IMG/VR virus record: IMGVR_UViG_3300017589_000168
Span: 1-64,000 of that record
DNA length: 64,000 nucleotides
Origin: a virus
Lineage: Duplodnaviria > Caudoviricetes
Strand: one strand, 5' to 3'
Shown here: positions 21,225 to 30,368 of the stretch, piece by piece
Position numbering within the stretch: the stretch's first letter is position 1
Layout of the letters: each line of letters opens with the position of its first letter
Program-made: the position numbers and the translations under genes
Notes under the pieces: generated by a model
The model's database searches: none
Told to the model about the DNA's origin: nothing
The model's input: only the letters and a program-made list of their open reading frames with translations

Positions 21225-21410
21225 TTTCGCCCTTTCAGGGAGCGAAGCGACCACGCCCCCACCGCTTGCGGTGGGGGCTACTTAATGCCAAAATCTTAGA
21301 TTTTGGAGTTAAGGCAGGAATAGGCGGGTTCCACCCGCCAAGAAAACAGCTTACAGGCAAAGCCTGTAACGGGGTTCCCCATCATATAGAGGTGTTCTAA
21401 ACGGAACACC
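21225..21410. other. Cluster of 6-7 inverted repeats; candidate oriT, single-strand origin or structured RNA
   Basis: Perfect stems at 21255-21278 (11 bp), 21288-21306 (9 bp), 21323-21339, 21351-21369 and 21391-21410, directly upstream of the RHH gene. Confidence 0.55.
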
Positions 21411-21427
21411 GTGGAAAGGAGGCTGCT

Positions 21428-21898
21428 ATGCCTGAAAAAAGTCTGAAACGGTCTATCAATTTTTCACCTGAAACCTTAAAAGCATTGGATACCCTTGCGG
21501 CGAAAAACAGCACGACCACCTCGGAACTGGTTCGCCAGTATGTTGAAAAAGGACTGTCCATTGAGGGATATAGTCAGGACATTGATTTCATTGCACGGAT
21601 TGTCCGGCAGGAGCTGATGGCGGTTTACCATCTTGAGGACATCAAGGCTGTGGTGGAGCAGCAGACAAACCGCATTGCCAAAATGCACATGAAGTCCGGC
21701 AAGATTGACGCCGCTGCTTTCTTTCTGCTTATTAAGGTTTTGATGAACATTGCCCATGAGGGTACGGAGGATCAGTTTGACCAAATGCTGAATGAGGCCG
21801 TCACGCTGGGCGTGGACTATATGCAGAAAAAAGATTTTCAGATCAACAGCTTTTTGCAGGACACGGACAATCTGCGCCGTCTTGCGGATAAGCTGTGA
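21428..21898 (+). CDS. Ribbon-helix-helix protein, probable relaxosome accessory factor
   Basis: KRSINFSPETLKALDTLA...SELVRQYVEKGL RHH pattern; upstream of the relaxase. Confidence 0.7.
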   Translation: MPEKSLKRSINFSPETLKALDTLAAKNSTTTSELVRQYVEKGLSIEGYSQDIDFIARIVRQELMAVYHLEDIKAVVEQQTNRIAKMHMKSGKIDAAAFFLLIKVLMNIAHEGTEDQFDQMLNEAVTLGVDYMQKKDFQINSFLQDTDNLRRLADKL

Positions 21899-21917
21899 TT
21901 AAGAAATGGAGGCATTT

Positions 21918-22412
21918 ATGACACAGGCAGACAGATACAGAAAACTTACCGCGCTGACAACGCGGGCAGATAACCTCGATCCGGCTTATCATGCGGCTTT
22001 TTATCTGCTATCCTATGACCCGGAGCTTTACGAAACCGCCCGCAGATTTGTGAACGTGGACGGCATCGGCTTTACTGACATAAAACGAGCAACCCTTGAC
22101 TTTGACGAGCGCACACGCTTTGTTGTTGACATTGCCCACAACTTGTTTTCCTATAACAGTGCTTGCAAAGCCACTCCCTTTGAGATTTCACGGCTGGGTT
22201 ATCCCTACTTGGAAATGGTGTGCAACTCTTTCTATATTGCCACGGGAGAGGTTCGGGTTATTTTGGAGCAGGGGCAGGACGGACAGCATGAAATCAAGCT
22301 GGATAATAGCCGTTATCAGCAAAGCAAGCGTATCCAGCAGCAGTTTGAGCAGCTACAAAAAGCCATGACTGCGGACATGGTGCAGGACGAGGCCATAGAG
22401 CCAGAAAGGTAA
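21918..22412 (+). CDS. Hypothetical protein
   Basis: SD GGAGG then ATG at 21918; ends EAIEPER. Confidence 0.7.
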   Translation: MTQADRYRKLTALTTRADNLDPAYHAAFYLLSYDPELYETARRFVNVDGIGFTDIKRATLDFDERTRFVVDIAHNLFSYNSACKATPFEISRLGYPYLEMVCNSFYIATGEVRVILEQGQDGQHEIKLDNSRYQQSKRIQQQFEQLQKAMTADMVQDEAIEPER

Positions 22413-22424
22413 GGTGAATTTATT

Positions 22425-22946
22425 TTGATTACAGGAGTTATCCGTTATCGGGGCGGCACGCTGGTGGTAGAACTGCCCTGCGGAGCTTATGAGCTGGCGG
22501 AGCATTTGGGCAGTATCGGCATCCGTTCCCCGGCTTCGGAGATTTTGGCCCATGGCACGGAACAGGTTGAAGTAAAGCTGGCAGCCGGTGAACCGATTGG
22601 AGCATTTATTCTTGCCAACCTTCGGGACAGCGACACGCTCTCCGGCGTGAACCTTGCCTGTCAGGAGGTGAACCGTGTCTGCCCCTTTGGGTATGATGAA
22701 TTTCTGGATATGCTCGATCCCGATCCGCAAGCCGGTTTTAACCGCTATGCGTTTTACAAGCCCTATGAAAGTTTGCCGCCCAGCACCGCAGGGGGCATGA
22801 AATTCATTTTGGAGGAAAGCAGGCGCTATCACTCCACGATGGAGAATTACCGCACTGTATGCGAAGCGGAGGCTGCGGAGGACGACTGCAATATCAGGGA
22901 AGTAAATCGGATGTTGGATTCCGGCGAGGATGAATGGGAACGCTGA
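22425..22946 (+). CDS. Hypothetical protein
   Basis: TTG start after AAGGTGA; ends EDEWER. Confidence 0.7.
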   Translation: MITGVIRYRGGTLVVELPCGAYELAEHLGSIGIRSPASEILAHGTEQVEVKLAAGEPIGAFILANLRDSDTLSGVNLACQEVNRVCPFGYDEFLDMLDPDPQAGFNRYAFYKPYESLPPSTAGGMKFILEESRRYHSTMENYRTVCEAEAAEDDCNIREVNRMLDSGEDEWER

Positions 22947-22962
22947 CGGGAGGTGATGGGCA

Positions 22963-24183
22963 ATCTCCCTTTTAGTCTATAAGCAGAGATTCAAGAATCC
23001 CAATTACAAAAGCACGCCCAGCAAAAATTATGCCCATGTGCGCTATATTGCTACCCGTCCAAGGGTTTCTAAAAACGATGGCATGAACCATGGACTGTTC
23101 GGAAAGCTCTCCCCTGGTCCCATTACCGACTTTGAGGACTGGCGTGATGTGGCAAGGTTGGTATATGCCAATTCAAAAAAGCATATCACCATGTACCGCA
23201 GCGTAATTTCTTTTGACGAGGAAACGGCTGCTGAACTAAACCTGACCGACCAAAAAGCATGGCAGAGATATATTGAAAACCACATGATGACGATTGCCGA
23301 AAAAAACAATATTCGGCGTGAGCATTTACAATGGGCGTGCGCACTCCATAAAGAAAAGCACCATCCCCATATCCATGTAGTGTTTTGGGATACCTCGTCA
23401 CGGGTTAAAAATCCCTTTACCCCGCCTGCTATCCCCAATGCTATCAGAAAGCAGCTCATCAAAGATACCTTTGCGGAGCGTATCCGTGCCTACGGGGAGG
23501 AAAAGAACAAGTCTGCCGCTGAACTCCGCAGTATTAGCAATGAACTAGTAGACGAGTTTGAACAGCATCTGCGGCGGCTGGGCAAAGACCAGTACAAACG
23601 GCACCGTGCTGACTATGACGAGGAAAACGAGCTGTCGGGCAGCTTTGATTTTGACGATGATGTGCTGAATGAAACTGCTGACCGTGTATTCCGCCTTAAA
23701 TCCGCACTTCCAACCACCGGCCGTATTGCCTATCAGCTTTTGACTCCAGAGATGAAAGCCAAGGTGGATGGGCTGGTAGAGTATCTTCTTGAAAATGTTC
23801 CGGTACTTAGGGAGCAAAAGGAACGCTACATAGACAGCAAAATGAAGATGGCCCTGCTCTACGGCGGCAGTGATGAATACCTTGACAGCCTGCGGAAGCG
23901 GTTTTCCGAGGAAGCCGATAAAATCATTGCAAACCGTCTGCTGGGTATGGTAAAGACCTTGAACCGGCTGGATTATGAGATGAAGTCCGAGGAATACAAA
24001 AATGCCCGCCGTTCCTATTTTGCCGAGCAGATGCTGATGGAGGCGCTGGATATGCTTTCCGGTCTGACCCGTGACAACGACAGCCGTTTCAGCGATTGGG
24101 AGAAAGCAAACGGCCGTGAGCTGTCAAAGGACGCTAAAAAGGAGCTATTTTTGAAATTACAGGATAAAGGCTATGAACATTAA
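22963..24183 (+). CDS. MOBP-type (MobP3-like) relaxase; the SD-supported start is ATC at 22963, first canonical start GTG at 23038
   Basis: YIATRP motif I; MYRSVISF motif II; ALHKEKHHPHIHVVFW HUH motif; frame open upstream to 22957. Confidence 0.85.
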   Translation: MSLLVYKQRFKNPNYKSTPSKNYAHVRYIATRPRVSKNDGMNHGLFGKLSPGPITDFEDWRDVARLVYANSKKHITMYRSVISFDEETAAELNLTDQKAWQRYIENHMMTIAEKNNIRREHLQWACALHKEKHHPHIHVVFWDTSSRVKNPFTPPAIPNAIRKQLIKDTFAERIRAYGEEKNKSAAELRSISNELVDEFEQHLRRLGKDQYKRHRADYDEENELSGSFDFDDDVLNETADRVFRLKSALPTTGRIAYQLLTPEMKAKVDGLVEYLLENVPVLREQKERYIDSKMKMALLYGGSDEYLDSLRKRFSEEADKIIANRLLGMVKTLNRLDYEMKSEEYKNARRSYFAEQMLMEALDMLSGLTRDNDSRFSDWEKANGRELSKDAKKELFLKLQDKGYEH

Positions 24184-24203
24184 CCTTCAGGGAGGAATGT
24201 GGA

Positions 24204-24875
24204 TTGAAAACAAGAAAAGAGTTTTTTGAGGATTTTTTTGCACGGCTGACCAGAACGGGTTTCCGTGTGGAAAGCATGATGGAAAGCGATGTCGCCGCCG
24301 AAGTCTATGACGAAAGCTCCCTGTTCTGTGTGGTTACACAGGATGGGGAGCTTATTTTTGAAAGCTATGGAGGCGAGAAGGTCCGGGCTTTGGAACAGGC
24401 GGCCAGAGAAACCCGCACCGACCTTTCCTGCTGTATGCAGCCGCCTTTTGCGGATATGGAACGGACGGAAACCGTTCTGCTGACAGGCGGTTCCTATATC
24501 AAGGTGTTTGAGAGTGCGGGAGTAGTATTGCTCTGCCGCCGCACTACGCTGTTTGGATATGAGTTTGTCACCTGTCAGAAAGCTATGCCGAAGCATAACA
24601 CCAAACGCTTTTACAGGGAACATTTCTTCTATGATCCCATATTGGCGCAGGACGATTTTTTGGAGCGCAGCGGCTTAAAAATCCCGGCGCCGCTTTCCTT
24701 TTCCCACGATGAGCTTCGGGCGCTGGTATCCTGCTGTGCAAGGTGTGTCATGCTGGATAATGAGATGGACGGCGGACAGGAAAGCCGTATCCGTGAACTG
24801 ATGGCAAAGATTGAGGAAAGCCTGCCGGGGCAGCTTGACCTCTCTCCCCACCACTATTTTCAGAATGAAATGTAA
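24204..24875 (+). CDS. Hypothetical protein, paralog family member
   Basis: E..GVVL.C...LF.Y.F.T and RSGL motifs shared with the neighbour. Confidence 0.7.
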   Translation: MKTRKEFFEDFFARLTRTGFRVESMMESDVAAEVYDESSLFCVVTQDGELIFESYGGEKVRALEQAARETRTDLSCCMQPPFADMERTETVLLTGGSYIKVFESAGVVLLCRRTTLFGYEFVTCQKAMPKHNTKRFYREHFFYDPILAQDDFLERSGLKIPAPLSFSHDELRALVSCCARCVMLDNEMDGGQESRIRELMAKIEESLPGQLDLSPHHYFQNEM

Positions 24876-24886
24876 GGAGTATGCCT

Positions 24887-25570
24887 ATGAAAACCAAAAC
24901 CGAGTTTTATCAAAGCTATTTTGAAATCCTGCAAAAAAAGGGCTTTACCGTGCAGCCCTCCACTTCGCCAGACTATGTGGCGGACATTTACCACAAGGAT
25001 AAGCTGATCGCCTTTTTTACCAAGAACGACATGGTAATGAAAAACCCCTTTGTTGAAGTACAGGATAAGCTCATGGACAGGATACAGACCCTTGCCAAAT
25101 CTACGGCGGTAGCGTGCGGGATCTGTTCGGATAAGCCTTACGACGAGGAAACTGCCGTGAAGCTGTCCAACAACCTGTATCGGCTCAATGAGCACAACGG
25201 CGTAGTGTTGGCCTGCAAGCATCACCCTCTATTCGAGTATGTGCTTTCCACCTACCGCTGTGACGAAACTAAAAACCCGATCCAGCGCCAGTATTTCTAC
25301 AACAAAGAGGACGCCTTTGAGAGCTTCGCTACCAGAAGCGGCCTGATTGATGAAAAACGGCTTTTCTCTGAAACTGATTTGAAGGTCATCTATGCAGGGC
25401 TTGTCAAAATGCGTACCATTGACAATGACATGACGCAGGACGATCTCAACTCTGTGGAACGGCTGGTGGATAAAATCGAGGACATTGTGCCGGAGTTGCA
25501 AAAAAGAGAAAAGGCACTGGATTTCTCCTGGCTCTTTGGCAGTATGGAGCGAGGAATCGAACGGGAATAA
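24887..25570 (+). CDS. Hypothetical protein, paralog family member
   Basis: Full-length similarity to 24204 and 12344; SD AAGGAG. Confidence 0.7.
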   Translation: MKTKTEFYQSYFEILQKKGFTVQPSTSPDYVADIYHKDKLIAFFTKNDMVMKNPFVEVQDKLMDRIQTLAKSTAVACGICSDKPYDEETAVKLSNNLYRLNEHNGVVLACKHHPLFEYVLSTYRCDETKNPIQRQYFYNKEDAFESFATRSGLIDEKRLFSETDLKVIYAGLVKMRTIDNDMTQDDLNSVERLVDKIEDIVPELQKREKALDFSWLFGSMERGIERE

Positions 25571-25600
25571 AAAAACTGCCGCGAGATATGCGGCAGCCAT
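25570..25600 (-). terminator. Terminator of the xre gene
   Basis: Stem CTGCCGC/GCGGCAG with an A7 run on the plus strand (T7 on the minus strand). Confidence 0.55.
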
Positions 25601-25908
25601 TACTTTGACATCAGCTTCGCAAAGTGAAGCACCGCCAATGCCTTTTCTTCTTCTAATAGCCGGGATGTTTCCACAAGCTCACGTTCATAAGCTGTGGGAT
25701 ACAGTACATTTTCATTCTCACTGAAAAACTCGGCAAGCGTGGTGCCAAGGCGGGTAAGCAGTTTTTCCAGCACAAGAACAGAGGGCTGGCTTTCTCCCTT
25801 TTCAATCTTGCGTATGTAGTTCTGCGATATGTCCGTGTCCTTTGACAGCTTGTAGACACTGATATTTCTATTTGTTCGGAGTGTCCGAAATTTAGTCGGT
25901 AAATCCAT
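25600..25908 (-). CDS. XRE-family HTH repressor, divergent from the transfer operon
   Basis: SVYKLSKDTDISQNYIRKIEKGESQPS HTH_3 pattern; SD GGAAGGAG. Confidence 0.88.
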   Translation of the reverse strand: MDLPTKFRTLRTNRNISVYKLSKDTDISQNYIRKIEKGESQPSVLVLEKLLTRLGTTLAEFFSENENVLYPTAYERELVETSRLLEEEKALAVLHFAKLMSK

Positions 25909-25968
25909 CGTTATTCTCCTTCCCTATGATACTTATTATTATGTTACATAACACAATAAAATTTAAGG

Positions 25969-26009
25969 CAACTATAGTTGTTGATAGTACGGATATTTAG
26001 TTGTACTAT
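25969..26009 (+). promoter_or_regulatory. SigA-type promoter of the transfer operon with an adjacent palindromic operator
   Basis: TTGATA(25981)-17 bp-TACTAT(26004); perfect palindrome CAACTATAGTTG at 25969-25980. Confidence 0.65.
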
Positions 26010-26051
26010 GTATATGTAAGACTTTAACCTAAAGAAAAGGAGCGTGATATT

Positions 26052-26894
26052 ATGAACCATCCAAGCGGAGAATCTATTTGGGGAAACATCAACACCGCCA
26101 TTGAAATTGCCATGAATATCTACCTGATAACCGCCAAAGATGAAAACGGCTTTGAGCGTGAGGGTATTATGATTCCAAAATCCAAGGCAAACGAGGTCCT
26201 TTCACAAAAGGCCGCCTCCATGGCGGAGCAGGACGGCGACTGGCTTTGCTATGGTGAGGACACCAAGGACATCCCCATGTACGAAATGCTTCAGCGCCGT
26301 GTCGCCGCCTGCAAGCGTATGGAGACAAAGGCCATTGAAATGATGCAGGAAATCAAGCGTGACGGAAGCCTGCGCCTGACTGATTATTTCGGAGAGTGCG
26401 CACCGCCTGTTGCATTGGACAAAAACAACCCGGAACAGCTTAATCGTGTACGCAACGGCATCTATCTTGTTCATTCGGAAGGCGAGGATTATTTTGCCGT
26501 CCATGAATCGGTAGCAGATAATTTTATGTCGGATATAGCAGAAGCCTTTGGGAAAAGGCAGGGTGAATACCTGCTCTACGACTTGACTACTGCCGCCATT
26601 CCCCTCTTTGAATTGCGTCAAATCTACAATGAGGTGGATGATTTAATCGTATCGGAGGACAGCCTGCTTGCCACGCTGAACAAGAACTTCCTCACCTATA
26701 TCACATTCTATAATGACATGGTGGAGGAGGAATCCAAAATACCGCCCACAAAAGCCCCGGTATGCCTTTTTCTGCAAAAGCAGCTTGATCGGGCGGCACG
26801 GGAACCGAATCTGTCCGTTGATAACGGGCTGGAGAACAACTTGATTACCCCTTCTTTTGGAGAGGAAGCGGAGGATTTTGGTTTCGAGCCGTAA
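26052..26894 (+). CDS. Hypothetical protein, first gene of the transfer operon
   Basis: SD AAAGGAG; acidic C-terminus. Confidence 0.75.
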   Translation: MNHPSGESIWGNINTAIEIAMNIYLITAKDENGFEREGIMIPKSKANEVLSQKAASMAEQDGDWLCYGEDTKDIPMYEMLQRRVAACKRMETKAIEMMQEIKRDGSLRLTDYFGECAPPVALDKNNPEQLNRVRNGIYLVHSEGEDYFAVHESVADNFMSDIAEAFGKRQGEYLLYDLTTAAIPLFELRQIYNEVDDLIVSEDSLLATLNKNFLTYITFYNDMVEEESKIPPTKAPVCLFLQKQLDRAAREPNLSVDNGLENNLITPSFGEEAEDFGFEP

Positions 26895-26922
26895 AGATAG
26901 ATTCAGAACATAAATTAAGATG

Positions 26923-26965
26923 ATATGCCCTGCACCGTGGATATTAGTGCAGGGCATATTTTTTG
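26923..26965 (+). terminator. Intrinsic terminator after the first gene of the operon
   Basis: Perfect 13-bp stem ATATGCCCTGCAC/GTGCAGGGCATAT followed by a T run. Confidence 0.75.
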
Positions 26966-26978
26966 GAGGTGAGAAGAT

Positions 26979-27662
26979 TTGAAAATGGTGTATATCGCCA
27001 GTCCTCTGCGCGGGGACTACAACACCAATATAAAAAACGCTGTGGAATACTGCCGACTTGCCGCGGAGAAAGGCGTACTTCCCCTTGCGCCCCACATTAT
27101 TTTCAGCCAGTGGTGCAATGACACCATTCCGGAACAGAGGGAACAGGGCTTGAGCCTTGGTCTTGCTTTGCTTCAAAAAGCAGACGAACTGTGGGTGATG
27201 GGAACTACCTTCAGCCAAGGTATGCAGGGTGAGGTGGGATTTGCACAGGAACATGGGATACCGATGTTTTTTGTAACACACCCCCATGACCTGAATTACT
27301 ACCCGGTCAGTGCCGACGAAAATCGGCTTTTGTCCAAGTTAGACTGTGTTACTGAAAGCAGTCGGGAGAGTTACAAGGATCAGCTTGTGGTGCTGCGGCA
27401 TGAACATCTGAGGCCGGAATATCGTACCTCACGGAATCAGGTGTGGCTTGTGACTCACGGCCCCGGCTGCCGACCGGATTATGTTCATAGCGATACCATC
27501 CATCTAACACATCCTGTGGACGGCGACCGCATGGCGGTTCGTCGCGGTGATGTGTGGGGCGTTCCAAAGCCTGAGATGATGGACTGTATCAGGCAGGCTT
27601 ATCCTGAATTTGATGCCGCTTTGCAGTCAGCCGCAGAACCGGAGGGGGATCTTTGCCAATGA
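26979..27662 (+). CDS. DUF4406/nucleoside 2-deoxyribosyltransferase-like domain protein
   Basis: VYIASPLRG...PLAPH...ADELWV...SQGMQGE. Confidence 0.7.
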   Translation: MKMVYIASPLRGDYNTNIKNAVEYCRLAAEKGVLPLAPHIIFSQWCNDTIPEQREQGLSLGLALLQKADELWVMGTTFSQGMQGEVGFAQEHGIPMFFVTHPHDLNYYPVSADENRLLSKLDCVTESSRESYKDQLVVLRHEHLRPEYRTSRNQVWLVTHGPGCRPDYVHSDTIHLTHPVDGDRMAVRRGDVWGVPKPEMMDCIRQAYPEFDAALQSAAEPEGDLCQ

Positions 27663-29932
27663 AGAAAAAGGAAAAGCTCATATTAGGTGCGGTCATTCTC
27701 GGTATCGGCACAATATTCAACCTGTTCTTTACCGCTGCCCTGCATGGCCTGCTGTCACGAAAATTGTCTGCCCTGTCACTCATTCCCTTATGGGACTGCG
27801 TGGCAGGGCTTTTTCTTTACCGTCAGCAGCTTCTATTGTTTTTGTCCTTTGAGGGATTTATCTGCCTGTGCAGCGTCCTCTTTTGGGTACAGAACAACCG
27901 CCCCTATCAAAGTGAACTTGTGCGGGTGGCCGAGGACATTTATACGCCTGCATCGGTAGGACAGTATCAGCATGGCTCGGCCCGGTGGCTGCGGGAAGAA
28001 GAAAAAGGAAAAGTGTTTGGAACACAGGTCATCCATCCGGTAAATCCCCTTATTCGTAAGCTGTTGGATACCGGCTTTGATGATCTGCCGTTTATGCAGA
28101 AGAACGAAAAAAAGACAAATCACTTCAATCAAGCGGAAATCGGGCAAGACACGGCGGCACAGGACGAACACACCGCACCGCCCGATTCTGTAAACCCAAA
28201 GGAAGAAAAGGAGGAATTGATACAGGATGAGGACTTTGAAACTGTGGATTATGACCTTGCGGCTGCGCATTTAACCAAAGCACAGACACAGGATACCCCA
28301 CCTGCACCACAGGATAAATCGGAGAAAGAAAAGAAAGACCCCTACAAGCTGTTTGATGAGGGCGGCATCGTGGTAGGCACGGAGAAAATCAGAGCCAAAG
28401 AGCTTGGGGCGCCGTCCGAACGGCTTTACTACATTCCCGATGATACCCATACCTTGACCATCGGCGCCACCCGTTCAGGAAAGACACGGTGCCTTGTCAT
28501 CCAGTCCATCTGCCTGCTGGGGCTTGCCGGGGAAAGCCTTGTCATCAGTGACCCCAAGGCCGAGTTGTTCCACTACACATCGGTATTTCTTAAAAAGCTG
28601 GGCTATGAGGTAATCTGTCTGGATTTTAAGAACCCCGAAAAAAGCACCCGATACAATCTCCTTCAGCCAGTTATCGACGCGGTAAATAAGGGGGATATGG
28701 AACGGGCGGAAATGTATGCGTGGGATATTACAAATATCCTTGTGGGAGATGATGTTTCCAACGAGAAGATTTGGGAAAACGGTGAGAAATCCACCATAGC
28801 GGCGGCGATTCTCTGCGTGGTGGTGGACAACAAAAAGCGGCCGGAGTATCAGAACCTGACCAATGTGTACTGGTTTATTGCGGAAATGAGTAAATCCGTG
28901 GGCGGCAAAACCCCTATGAGCGAGTACATGAAAAAACTGCCCAGTGCTCATCCGGCACGGGCGCTTATGTCAATTGCCGAGGTTGCGCCAAGCCGCACCA
29001 AGGGCAGCTTCGACACCTCGGCGCTGACTACCCTGCGTCTGTTTACCAGCCGTTCGGTCTATTCCGTTACCCACAAGAGCGACTATAACATCTCGGAGAT
29101 CGGACAGAAAAAGCAGGCTCTGTTTATGATTTTGCCGGACGAGAAAACGACCTATTATCCTATCGCCAGTCTGATGGTATCCCAGCTTTATGAGTTGCTG
29201 GTCCGTCAATCAGATCAGCGGGGCGGCAGGCTGGAGCGCCGGGTCAATTTTGTGCTTGATGAATTTGGAAATTTTACAAAATTGAGTGATTTTCCAAACA
29301 AACTGACAGTGGCAGGCGGACGGGGGTGCAGATTTAACCTCTATCTGCAATCCTTTGAACAACTTTCCCTAAAATACGACAAAGAAACGGCGGCCATCGT
29401 TAAGTCCAACTGTCAGACATGGATATACCTACAAGCGGACGATAAGGAAACCTTACAGGAGGTGTGCGATAAGCTGGGCAAGTACACCACCAGCGCCTAT
29501 CAGCTTTCCAGCCAGCACGGGAGGTATGTCAACCCGTCCAGCTCCCACAGCATCAGCCTTGTAGCAAGGGAGCTTTTGACCACAGATGAAATCCGCAGAA
29601 TCCAGCGGCCGGCTCAAATCGTTATCAGCCGTTCCCATCCGGCTATGATGAACGCCCCCGATCTGTCACAGTGGTATTTTAATCAGATGTGCGGATTGGG
29701 AGGCAAGGAGCATAACCGCCTGGTTCGGGAAGCGAGAGAAGCAGCCCGGCCGGTTTTATCCAACATGACAGGCGATATTCCCCTGTGGAACATATGGGTG
29801 TATTACGCCAAGGACTTGCAGATGAAAGAAGCCCAGCAGAAGTCACAGGCTTTTGCTTCTCAGATGGGTGCGATTTTTTCAGAAAAAGGCTTTCGGAAAG
29901 GAGGAACAAGTAAAGATGAAGATGACGATTAA
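27659..29932 (+). CDS. virD4: VirD4/TraG type IV coupling protein
   Basis: Two N-terminal TMs; IGATRSGKT Walker A; ISDPKAEL; FVLDEFGN Walker B; LQSFEQL. Confidence 0.93.
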   Translation: MKKKEKLILGAVILGIGTIFNLFFTAALHGLLSRKLSALSLIPLWDCVAGLFLYRQQLLLFLSFEGFICLCSVLFWVQNNRPYQSELVRVAEDIYTPASVGQYQHGSARWLREEEKGKVFGTQVIHPVNPLIRKLLDTGFDDLPFMQKNEKKTNHFNQAEIGQDTAAQDEHTAPPDSVNPKEEKEELIQDEDFETVDYDLAAAHLTKAQTQDTPPAPQDKSEKEKKDPYKLFDEGGIVVGTEKIRAKELGAPSERLYYIPDDTHTLTIGATRSGKTRCLVIQSICLLGLAGESLVISDPKAELFHYTSVFLKKLGYEVICLDFKNPEKSTRYNLLQPVIDAVNKGDMERAEMYAWDITNILVGDDVSNEKIWENGEKSTIAAAILCVVVDNKKRPEYQNLTNVYWFIAEMSKSVGGKTPMSEYMKKLPSAHPARALMSIAEVAPSRTKGSFDTSALTTLRLFTSRSVYSVTHKSDYNISEIGQKKQALFMILPDEKTTYYPIASLMVSQLYELLVRQSDQRGGRLERRVNFVLDEFGNFTKLSDFPNKLTVAGGRGCRFNLYLQSFEQLSLKYDKETAAIVKSNCQTWIYLQADDKETLQEVCDKLGKYTTSAYQLSSQHGRYVNPSSSHSISLVARELLTTDEIRRIQRPAQIVISRSHPAMMNAPDLSQWYFNQMCGLGGKEHNRLVREAREAARPVLSNMTGDIPLWNIWVYYAKDLQMKEAQQKSQAFASQMGAIFSEKGFRKGGTSKDEDDD

Positions 29933-30278
29933 AGGCTTGACCCAAAGGGTTAAGACCAAAATCAAGGCGGTGGGCGCAGGGTTGCTCACTGCTTTTCTTA
30001 TGCTCCAGAACAGCACGGTAGCTTATGCCGCCGGGATTGGTGACAGCCAGATTGCCAAGGGTACGGAAAAGCTCATTCAGGACGCTACCACATGGCTGAT
30101 GATTCTGGCCCCCGTGGTGGCAGGTCTGCTCATCATCTATTTCTGCATCCGCAGGAGTGCGGCAGACGAGATGGATCAGAAAAAGTGGAACAACCGCATT
30201 GTGGTTGCCATTGTATCCTGCATCGGTGCGGTGCTGGGCAGCGCCACATTAAACATCATTATCGGCTACTACCAGTAA
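29916..30278 (+). CDS. TrbC/VirB2-like pilin-like protein
   Basis: Signal-like N-terminus (AYA) and two hydrophobic helices; follows virD4. Confidence 0.6.
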   Translation: MKMTIKGLTQRVKTKIKAVGAGLLTAFLMLQNSTVAYAAGIGDSQIAKGTEKLIQDATTWLMILAPVVAGLLIIYFCIRRSAADEMDQKKWNNRIVVAIVSCIGAVLGSATLNIIIGYYQ

Positions 30279-30296
30279 GCCGTAAAACCATGTGTG

Positions 30297-30326
30297 AAGC
30301 TGCGGGAAAATTCCTGCGGCTTTTCT
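30297..30326 (+). terminator. Probable terminator
   Basis: 12-bp stem AAGCTGCGGGAA/TTCCTGCGGCTT with G-U pairs, then TTCT. Confidence 0.45.
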
Positions 30327-30368
30327 GATAACCCCCAAAATTTATTATTGAAAAGGAGAACAACTATT

